From the NCBI RefSeq assembly GCF_009914755.1, contig NC_060929.1: a DNA stretch of 64,000 bases, one strand, 5' to 3'. How positions within the stretch are numbered: position 1 is the stretch's first letter; each line of letters opens with the position of its first letter. Shown here piece by piece: positions 53,740-64,000 of this stretch. Made by a program: the position numbers and the translations under genes. The notes below the pieces were generated by a model. It was not told the DNA's origin, did no database searches, and worked only from the letters and a program-made list of their open reading frames with translations. Origin of the DNA: the human T2T-CHM13v2.0 reference genome, Homo sapiens.

Positions 53740-55440
53740 AACATTTTGGTAAAATTCAACAATGTGAGGAAAAAAAGAATTCTCAGTAATTAAAAGTAGA
53801 CATGAACTTCCTTAATCTGGTAAATGGTAGCCGCAAAAAATATTTAGAATCCTACAAGAAGCATTATAATTAGTATTAAAAATTTTGAATCTTTCTCTTT
53901 GAGATGAGGAATGAGAAAAGAATTTATGTTGTCACCACTTCTAACCAACATTGCATTGGAAGGCCTAATGAGCACTATGCAATAAAAAATTTAAAAAGAA
54001 AACAAATTGGAAGGAAAGAAAACAAAACTGCCATTATTAACAGATAATATGATGATGTGCACAGAAAATCCAAAGACGGTAGTAATAGAGTTGATCAAAG
54101 TCCCAGAATGAAAAATCAATATACAAAATAAACTATTTCACACAACACAATCAAACAGAAAATGAAACCTTTAAATTACCATTTGTAAACATATGAACAA
54201 ATATAAAGTGCTTAGAATAAACCTGACAAAAGATATACGAGACTTTTACAGAGTAAATTATAAAAGGTTTCTTATTAAAAATATTAAAATAGTATTAAAT
54301 AAATGGAGAGATATAATTTGTTTATGGAAAGGAAGAGTCAATATTATAAAGGGATAAATTTCCTTCAAATTGATTTATAAATTCAATGCAATCTTAATCC
54401 AAATACCAACCACTTTGTGTGTGTGTGTGTGTGTGTTTGTGTATGTGTGTCATTTCAAAAGTTGTTTCCAAAAATATGTATGAGAATGCAAAAGGCACTT
54501 CAAAATAAGGACAAAGGTGAAAAAATTTGAATTACCGTACAGCAAGATGTATTACAAAACTGTGATATTCAAGACAATGTTTATTAACAAAATACAGACA
54601 AAAAGATTAACAGAACAGAATAGATATCCAGAAACTGTGCCTTGCGCGTATTATTTATACTAAAAGTGGCACTTCAGAGAATGGGGGAAGACAGAATTTT
54701 TTGTAATTTAATAGAGTTTTTTTCTTAGCAGTTTTAGGTTTACACAAAAACCGAACAGAAAATACAGAGTTCCTACATGCTATTTCATCCAATCCCTGGT
54801 TTCCTCCATTATTTATATCTTGCAATTATAACATTTCTTACAATGCTGAGCTAATATTGATAGATTATTATTAACTGAAGTCTATAGTTTATATCAGGAT
54901 TCAATCTTTTGTGTTATACATCCTGTAAGTTTTGACAAATATATAATGATACGTGTTCATCATTACCATATTATTCTGAACAATTTCATTGCCCTGTGCT
55001 CTACCTATCATCCTTCCCTCTTTTCCGCTCGCAACCACTGGAAACCTCTGGTCTTTTTACTAAAAGGCACATCTTTAAATCAACGGTCTCAAGATGCTTA
55101 GTTACTCATAAGTAAAAAAAAAATTTTAATTCAAAGCTTTTCTCATATCAAACACAAAATCAGTGACAAATGAATTAAAGGTCTAAATGTATAAGACAAA
55201 ACTGTATGTTTAAAAATGAATGTAAGAGAATATCTTCATGACTTTGTGGTACAGGTTTATTTCATAAACACAATACCAAAGTACCAACCATAGGAAAATA
55301 TTGTTAATTAAAATCAAAACTACTGTTTATCAAATGACATTATTAAAAAAGTGAAAAGATAAGTCAGCAACCAGGGGAAGAAAAATATTTCCAGCAACAT
55401 AACTAACAAAGAACTACCAATACGTTAACAAGATATAAAG
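53740..55440 (+). mobile_element. Old L1ME/MC ORF2 remnant
   Basis: caccacttctaaccaacattgcattggaagg...cagataatatgat (FADD-like)...aaatcaatatacaaaa...aaattcaatgcaatc. Confidence 0.7.
54700..55062 (-). mobile_element. L1MC 3' end inserted antisense
   Basis: agcagttttaggtttacac...tattaactgaagtctatagttt...gttttgacaaat. Confidence 0.75.
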
Positions 55441-55449
55441 GACTATAAA

Positions 55450-58400
55450 TCTGTTGCAAAGATGGTAAAACCAGTATTTAACTCCAAGAGTTCAATCAGG
55501 TTCTCATGCTAAATATTAGAGAAAAATCCCCTCTTACTTCAGGCAGTGAGAGAAGAAAAAGAATCATTTTCAAATACACAAAAGCACTCTGTTTAACATG
55601 GTCTGCTCCTAGTAAAAACTCCTTAACCAGAGAATAACCTATCAAGGCATTGTAAGAGTCCAGGAAGAGAAATACCCAACTTCACTCAGCTCTAGTCTTC
55701 CACATAAGAGAAGGGCAATACCCAAATACAGCCTACTCCAAGGAGAGAGAAAAAACTGAGAAACACTTATGAAGTCTACAGTCTAGAGGAATAGTCTCTC
55801 TAAAATTTGAGACCTAATCACAGGACTAGTGAATGCTTCCCCTCTCCCACACCTCACCACCCCATTACTAAAGACTTCTTTACAGCAATTTCTTTTACCA
55901 AAAATCACAATTTGAAAAGAGCAAGCAGCAGAACCAGACATGGCAGGGATGCTGTAATTATCGGAATGAGAATTTAAAATAATTGTGATTAATATGCTGA
56001 AGGACTAATGTTTAAACAGAAGAAGAGAAGAGCAATGTAGGCAGAAAGATTAAGTGTTAAGAAAAAACTAAAGGAATACTATAAAGTACTATAACAGAAA
56101 TGAAAAAGTGCCTTTGATGGACTAATTAGTAGACAGAGCACAGCTGAGGAAACAATCTCTAATCTTGAGGATATTTTAATAGAAACCTCTAAAACCGAAA
56201 AGCAGAGAGCAAACAGTAAAGGAAAACAAAGCAAAACAAAAAACAGAAGACCTACAGACTGTGGGATAACTACAAAAGACATGAAACACAAGCAATGAAA
56301 AGATCAAAGGAAAAGAGAGAGAAACAGAAGATGAAACAATAATAACAATTGCTTCCAAATTAATGTCAGATACTAACGCACAAATCCAGGAACCCCAGAG
56401 AACACCAAGCAGGTTAACAAAAACAAACAAACTAACAAAACACCCACAAAAAACATACCAGAATGAGAATTTAAAATTAATTGTGATTAATATGTTAAAA
56501 TCTCCAATAGTTAAAGTAAACAGAAGAGATGGACACTTTAAGCAGAAAGATTAAAATTTTAAGGAAGAAAAACTAGAAATAGTAGTACTATAAAAGAAAT
56601 TAAAAATTCCTTCAATAGGCTCATTAGTAGACTAGGCATGACTGAAGAAACAATCTCATATAATTTTCAAACTACATTAAATCAAGGATAAAGAAAAGAT
56701 TCTAAAAGAAGCCAGAAGAAAGAAAACACCTTATTTATCAAGGAGAAAAGATAAGAATCATATTCAACTTCTCCTCAGAAACCATGCAAGCAAGGAGAGT
56801 GAAGTAAAATATTTAAAGTGTTAAGAGAAAAAAAAAACACCAACCGAGAATTCTATACCGCGAAAAGTTATCCTTCAAATGTTAAGGAAAAAAATACATT
56901 ATTAGACAAATGACAATTGAAGAAATTGTTGCCAGTAGAACTGCCTTGCAAGAAATTTAACAGAAGTTCTTTAGAGAGAAGAAACAAAATATGTCAGAAA
57001 CACAGGTTGATCATTTTAAAAGAGAATTAAAGAAGGAAGAAGTGGAGGTCAAATAAAAAACTTCTATTTCTTATCCTAAATCAATCTAACATAATAGCTT
57101 ATACAAAATACTGGCACCAATGTATTCAATTACATATGCTTATGCATATGCATATGGCATATATATACTTATGTACACATATATATACACACACACTTAT
57201 GTATGCATAAATGTAACTGAAATGAATGAAAGTAATGATACCAAGGATGAGAGGTAGACATTAAAATTATTTTATTGTTATAAGTTATACTATTTATAAA
57301 GTGGTATAATGTTATTTGAAAGGGGACTTGGATTAGTTATAAATGTATATTGCAAACCATAGGCCAACAAGCAAGGAAGTAAAAAACAAGATATAACTAA
57401 CACATTGAGAAAGGACAGAAAAAATAAACATATAAAGTGCTAAATGACAATCAGAAAAAGAGTAGAAGACAAAAATAAGAGAATATAGGGACTGTTGGAA
57501 GGGCATGATTGTGTTTTGAAATGTGAGGACATGAGATTTCGGAGGGGCCAGGTGTGGAATGATATGGTTTGGCTGTGTCCCCACCCAAGTCTTATCTTGA
57601 ATTGTAGTTCCCATAATACCCACGTGTCATGAGAGGAACCCAGTGGGAGGTGATTGAATCATGGGGTTGGTTTCCCCAGGCTATTCTCATGATAGTGAAT
57701 AAGTATTCATGAGATCTGATGGTTTTATAAGGGGCTTCCCCCTTTGCTCAGCTCTCATTCTTCTCTTTCCTGCTGATCTGTGAAGAAGGATGTGTTTCCT
57801 TCTCTTTCTGCCATGATTGTAAGTTTTCTGAGACCTCCCCAGCCATGCTGAACTGTGAGTCAATTAAACCTCTTTCCTTTGTGAATTACCCAGTCTTGGG
57901 TATGTCCTTGCAGCAGTGTGAGAACAGACTAATACATGTATACATTATTTCACCTAACAACATCAGAATACACATTCTTCTCAAGCTCACATTTACCAAG
58001 ATAGACCACATTCTGGGCCATAAAATGCACTTTAACAAATTTAGCATAATAAAAATCTAACAATGTCTACTCTCAGATAACAATGGAATTTAACTAGAAA
58101 TTAGTAACAGCAGGAAAACTGGAAATCCCAAAATGCATGGAGATTAAACAAAACACTTCTACATAACATTTGATCCAAAAAAAATCTCAAGTGAAATTTT
58201 AAAAATTTTGAATTAAACATAAATGAAAGCACAACATATCAAAATGAATGGAAGGCAGTGCTTACAGAGAAATTTATAGCATTAAACGCCTATGTTAGAA
58301 AATTTAGAAAAAATAAGATTTAAAATCAATTATCTAAAGTTTCCACCTTAAGAAACTAGGAAAGAAGAGCAAATGAAATCCAAAGTAACCACAAGAAAAC

Positions 58401-59895
58401 AAATAATAGGAATTAGAGCAGAAATCAATCAAATTGAAAACAGGAAATCAGTGAAGAAAATAAAACTAAAAGCGGAAAATATCAATAAAAGCTATAAGTC
58501 TCTAGGCAGGGCTAACCAAGAAATAAAAAAAAAGGTTACAAATTACTAATATCAGAAATAAAAGAGCTGATATCACTGAAGATCCCATGGACATTAAAAT
58601 GATAAAGGAATACTATGAACAACTTTAGTCCCCCAAATTTGATAACCTAGATGAAATGAACTAACTTTGAAAGATACAGACTTTTAAAATTTACACAAGA
58701 AATAGATAATCTGAATAGGCCTACGTCTACAGAAGAAATTAAATCAATAATTAATAGCCTCCCAAAATAGAAAGCCATAGGCCCAGATGCATTCACTGGT
58801 GAATGCTACCAAATATTTAAGGAAGAAATTATACCAATTCTTTATAATCTCCTTCAAAAGACAGAAGCAAGTGGTAAATCATTGTATGAGTTACCAAAAC
58901 CAGATAGACATTACAAGAAGAGAAAACTATAGACCAATATCTCTCATGAACATACGTGCAAAAATCCTCAATAAAATATCAGCAAATTGAATCAAGGAAT
59001 GCATAAAAATTATACACCACAACTCAGTGGAATTTATCCCAGGTATACAAGGCTGGTTCAACATTCAAACATCAATTAATGTAAAACATATCAATAGCTA
59101 AAGAAGAAAAATTGTGTGCTCATTTTAATGGATGCAGAAGAAGGATTTGACAAAATCGAACACCTATTTATGATAAAAACTGTTAGTAAACTAAAAATAG
59201 AGGGAGAACTTTGTCAACCCGATAAAAAGTATCTACAAAACACCTACAGCCAACACCATGCTTAATGGTGAGAAATTTGAAGCTTTCCCACTAAGATTAG
59301 GTACAGACAATGATGTTCCCCCTAATTACTCCTTTTCAACATTATCCCAGAAATTCTAGCTAAAGCAATAAAACAAGAAAAGAAACTGAAAGGTATGCAG
59401 ATTGAGGAGGAAGAAATACAACTTTGTGCACAGATAACATGATTTTCTAAGTAAAAAATCTAAAGAAAACAACAAAAAAACTTAACTAATCAACCATTAT
59501 AGCAAGGTTTTAGAATACTAGATTAATATGCAAATGTCAATAACTTCTCTATATAACAGCATTGAACAATTGAAATTTAAAATAAAAAACACACTACCAT
59601 GTACATTAGCATGGCAAAATAAAAAATACTTAGCTAAAAATCAAACAAAACACATACAATATCTATATGAAGGAAACTACAAAATTATGATGAAAGAAAT
59701 CAAGCAAAAATATAAACAGGTATTCCATGTTTATTATGGATAGGAAGATTCAATGTTGTCAAGATAGAAGTTCTTCCCAACTTAGTTTATAGATTTAATA
59801 CAATCCCAATTAACATCTCAGCAGGTTGTTTTGTGGGTACTGACAAACCAATTCTAAAGTTTATATGAAAAGGCAGAAGACCCAGAATAGCCAAT
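55450..59895 (+). mobile_element. Long degraded L1MC/MD (5' region, ORF1, EN/RT of ORF2); non-coding
   Basis: ORF1 (tccaggaaccccagagaacaccaagcagg), EN (agatagaccacattctgggcc), RT (peptide ENYRPISLMNIRAKILNKI in the ORF track); many stops. Confidence 0.88.
57488..57936 (+). mobile_element. THE1C-type 3' LTR (57560-57936) with about 70 bp of internal 3' end
   Basis: gggactgttggaagggcatgatt...gaggggccagg, then tgatatggtttggctgtgtccccacc...gactaataca. Confidence 0.92.
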
Positions 59896-62323
59896 GGAGA
59901 GAGGAGAGGCTTCATGAAGACAGCTGACTAGTGGCATCTTGTACTGCCCATTTCCACAATGAAAAGAAACAAAATAGTAAGTAGATAATCACACTTCAAA
60001 TATATCATCTAAGAGAGAACACTGGAATTCTACAGAGAAGTGACAGGAAACTCCTAAGTAAGTAAGGAGTGGAAAGCTAGACAGCCTGCTCAGTGAGTAC
60101 AAGCTGAGAGCCTGGATGAGCTCCCTAATGCAGGGAAGTGATAAGTGAGTGACCCTCAGCAATCATCCAAGCCACAGGAAATCCTCTAGCCTCTCATGGG
60201 GCCCAATACTGATACAGAGAGCTGCCTGGAGATTGCACAAAAACATTTATTCAAAGAAGGAGCTCACACTGGGTCCCATATACTTCTTGAGCACTATACA
60301 GCTACAGCAAGGTGCCAGATTGAGAGCCCACCCTCCACCAGACTACTTCCTGCCTAGGGGCCCACAACAGCCTCTGCAGCTCCACATCCCTGGAGCCCAA
60401 TAAACATTCCCACAGCCACTGCTACAGCTGCCTGCCACCTCTAGGGCTAAAGTGTGAACCATTAGCAAAGACCCTGCTGCCCCCAGCAGCAAAGTCACTA
60501 CATCATTTCAAGCACACTAAGGACAGAGTTCTCCACCCACAGCAGCCACAACAGCAAGCTGCCACAACTGGGGCTGAAGCACAAGCAAAGTGAATGTTCT
60601 TCAGTCACCTGCATATAACTGCTGCCATTGAAAGATACCCCACCCTCCCCAGTAGCAAGGCTGCTGTGCAGCCACTGCTACTCCCACCCAAGCATTCTAC
60701 CTTGGGCCTGGAGAATGTCCTGCTCCTGCTTCCACAGCCAGCACCCGCCAGCACCAACCGGAGGCTTGAGGACAGGTTCACCTGGCCCAGCTCTTTCCCC
60801 TACCCAACAAGCTATATGGGGGCCTGGGAACTATCCAGCCAAGCCCTTTACTGCTGGCACCTGAGCACTCTTCCTGGGGCCTGTAGGAACCACCAAACCA
60901 GGTGCTACCACCACAGGAGGTACCCATTAAAATGTACCACCTGTGAGCCGGATGACTGTCCCACCCAAGTATGTTGCAGCCACTGGCAACACCAGCACAG
61001 ACCACTGGGACCCAAAAGTTAATTCTATCACTACTATAGTCATTACCCATTCCGGATCCACTGCCCAGGGACCCAGAAACCCACCAACTTCCTCAGCCTA
61101 TCTCTCTGCCACTACCAGCCACCTGAGCAAATTGCCCAGAAGCTCAAATATAAGTCCCCCTGGACCCATTAACACCTGTGCATGTATACACTGCTATGGG
61201 TCCCTAACACAGCCATGCATGGCTCACCACTACCATACTGGGGCCCAAGGACAGGCCCACCTGTCATCTCCATCTCCAGCAAAAGTTCAATACGGCTTCT
61301 ACTAAAAACAGCACACTAAGACACTGAGGAAACCACAGACACCACCAGTGCTCTTTACAGCCAAATAAAGCATACGAAATAATGCCTGTACTACTGAATG
61401 CACCCAAAACCACAGCGAAAGTACCCTACCCAACCAACATGATAGATACCTTTTCAGCAAAAAGACCTCTCCCACAAAAGCAAATTCAAAACAACTGTTA
61501 CACCACATATGCAGATATCAACATAAGGACATCAGAGATATGAAAAAAAAAAAAAAAAAAAAACAAAGAAAAATGACACTTACCAAAAAATATTCTCCAG
61601 TAATACATTCCAATAAAAAAATAAAATCCCAAATAAATAATTCAAAGTAATGATATTAAAGAAATTCAATAAAACACAACAGAAAACAGAAAAACAATAC
61701 CAATAAATCAGAAAAACAATTTAGGGAGGATATACATCATAAAAAGAACCAAACAAATCCTGGAACTAAAAATTTCATTAAATGAAATAGAGAATACATA
61801 GGAAAGTTTCAACAATGATCTAGATCAAGCAAAAGATATAATTTCAGGATGTGAAGACAGGTATATTGAAACAACTCAGACAAAATTAAATAAAAGACTA
61901 AATGGGAAAGAGCAAAGCCTATATGACATATGGGACACCATAACACAACCATACGTTTAAATTTTCAGTGTCCCAGAAAGTAAAGAGAAAAATAAAAGAC
62001 TTATAAAGCCTATTTAACAAAATAATATTTAAAAAATGCTCAAATCTAGCAAAAGATTTAGGCATTCAGATACAAGAATATCAGAGATTCTCAAACAGAT
62101 ACAATGAAATTATATCTTCTCCATGGTACATTATAGTCAAGCTATCAAAAGTCAAAGACAAATATAGAATTCTAAAAACTGCAAAATAAAAGTGTCTGGT
62201 CACTTATACAGAAACCTCCATCAGACTTTTAGAGTGGATTTCTCAGCAGAAACCTTACAGGCCAGAAGAGACTGAAATAATATATTCAAAGTACTGGAAG
62301 AAAAACTTGCCAGCTAAAGATAC
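59896..62323 (+). mobile_element. L1M (MA-age) 5' UTR plus ORF1, nested in the older L1
   Basis: agtagataatcacacttc...agagagaacactggaattc 5' end, C-rich UTR, A-run at 61543, ORF1 ...ttctcagcagaaaccttacaggccagaagag. Confidence 0.8.
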
Positions 62324-64000
62324 TGTATTTGTCCATTTTCACACTGCTGTAAAGAACAACCTGAGACTGGGTAATTTAAAACAAAAGAGGTTTAATTGAT
62401 GCACAGTTCAGCATAGCTGGGAAGACCTCAAGAAACTTATAATCATGGTGGAAGGTAAAGGGGAAGCAAGGTATATCTTCTCATAGTGGCAGGAGAGAGA
62501 GAGTGCAAGGGAGGAACTGCCAAACACGTTTAAACCATCAGATTTCATGAGAACTAATTCACTGTCACTAGAACAGCATGGGGGAAACCACCCCTGTGAT
62601 CCAATCACCTCCTCCTAGGTCCCTTCTCTGATACATGGGGATTACAATTCGAGATAAGATTTGGGTGGGGACACAGAGCCAAGCCATATCATTTCACCCA
62701 TGGCCTCTCCCAAATCTCATGTCTTTTTTACATTTCAAACCAATCATGCCTTCTCAACAGCCCCCAAAAGTCTTAACTCATTCTAGCATTAACTCAAAAG
62801 TCTAAATCCAAAGTCTCATCTGAGACAAGGCAAAGTCCTTTCTGCCTATGAGCCTGTAAAATCTAAAACAAGTTAGTTACTTCCAAGATACAGTGGAAGT
62901 ACAGGCATTGGGTAAATGTTTCTAAATAGGAGAAATTGGACAAAACAAAGGGGCCACAAGCCCCATGCAAGCCTAAAACCTGGCAGGCACTTATTTAGTC
63001 TTAAAGCTCTAAAATAATCTTCTTTGACTCCATGTCTCACATCCAGAGCATGCTGATGCAAGAGGTGGGTTCCCACGGCCTTGGGCAGCTCCATCTCTGT
63101 GGTTCTACAGGGTACAGTGTTTCTGGCTGCTTTCACGAGCTGGTACTGAGTGTCTGGGGCTTCTCCAGGTGCATTGTGCAAGCTATCAGTGGATTAACCA
63201 TTCTGGGGTCTGAAGGATGGTGATGCTTTTCTCTCAGCTCCACTAGGCAGTGCCCCAGTAGGTCTCTGTGTAGGGGCTCCAATCCCACATTTCCCCTTTG
63301 CATTGCTCTAGTAGAGGTTCTCCATGAGGGCTCTGCCCCTGCAGCAGATGTCTGCCTGTACATCCAGATGTTTTCATACATCTTCTAAAATCTAGGTGGA
63401 GCTCTCAAAGCTCAACTATTGTCTTCTTTGCACCTGCAGGCCTGACACCATGTGGAAGTTGTCAAGGCTTGGGCTTGCACCCTCTGAAGCTACAGCCTAA
63501 GCTTCACCTTGGCCCCTTACAGCCACAGCTGGAGCTGGAGCAGCTGGGATGCAGGACACCAAGTCCTAAGACTGCACAGAGCAGTGGGGTTCTGGGCCAG
63601 CCCTGCCCATGGAACAATTTTTTCCTCCTAGGCCTCCAAGCCTGTGATGTGAGGGGCTGCTAGGAAGATCTCTGACATTCCCTAGACACATTTTCCTCAT
63701 TGTCTTGGCTATTAACATTTGGCTCCTTATTACTTAAGCAAATCTCTGTAGCAGGCTGTAGCAGGCTTTAATTTCTTCCCAGGAAATGGGTTTTTCTTTT
63801 GTAGCACATGGTTAGGCTGCAAATTTTCCAAACTTTTATGTCCTGCTTCCCTTTAAAACATAAGTTCCCATGTCAGGTCATTTTTTTGTGAACTCATATA
63901 ACCGTACACTCTCAGAAAAAGGCAGGTTACCTCTTGCATGCTTTGCTGCTTAGAAATTTATTCTGCTAGATACCCTAAATCATCTCTCTCAAGTTCAAAG
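62324..64000 (-). mobile_element. THE1D 3' LTR (62324-62691) plus THE1-int running off the window
   Basis: tgtatttgtccattttcacactgct...gggacacagagccaagccatatca, then continuous MaLR internal sequence. Confidence 0.93.

Noticed and set aside
60100-61300. GC-richer segment with many ORFs as a promoter or gene
   Set aside because: CpG-depleted L1 5' UTR sequence.
55450-62323. Potentially active L1 or reverse-transcriptase gene
   Set aside because: Heavily disrupted by stops, frameshifts and nested insertions; only short peptide remnants survive.

Overview
Primate (human-like, ape/catarrhine) non-coding genomic DNA that is AT-rich and CpG-depleted. Roughly half of it is recognisable interspersed repeat: AluJ/S/Y, L1PA/L1M, L2, MIR, MaLR LTRs (THE1, MLT1), ERV1/ERVK/ERVL LTRs (LTR7, MER4A1, MER11, MER21, LTR16/33) and hAT/Tigger MITEs. 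I can support no protein-coding gene, RNA gene, CpG-island promoter or CRISPR; the listed ORFs are chance or repeat-derived. I see no evidence of a new gene system. The most notable structure is a 261-bp, about 95%-identical inverted duplication (34367-34627 / 37937-38197) bracketing 3.3 kb. Its junctions fit a template-switch inversion that cut an L1 and a retroposed, polyadenylated MLT1A fragment. Several smaller templated-duplication scars and nested insertions with intact TSDs are also visible. Repeat subfamily names come from recalled consensus sequences and need RepeatMasker/Dfam confirmation. Boundaries of old repeats are approximate.
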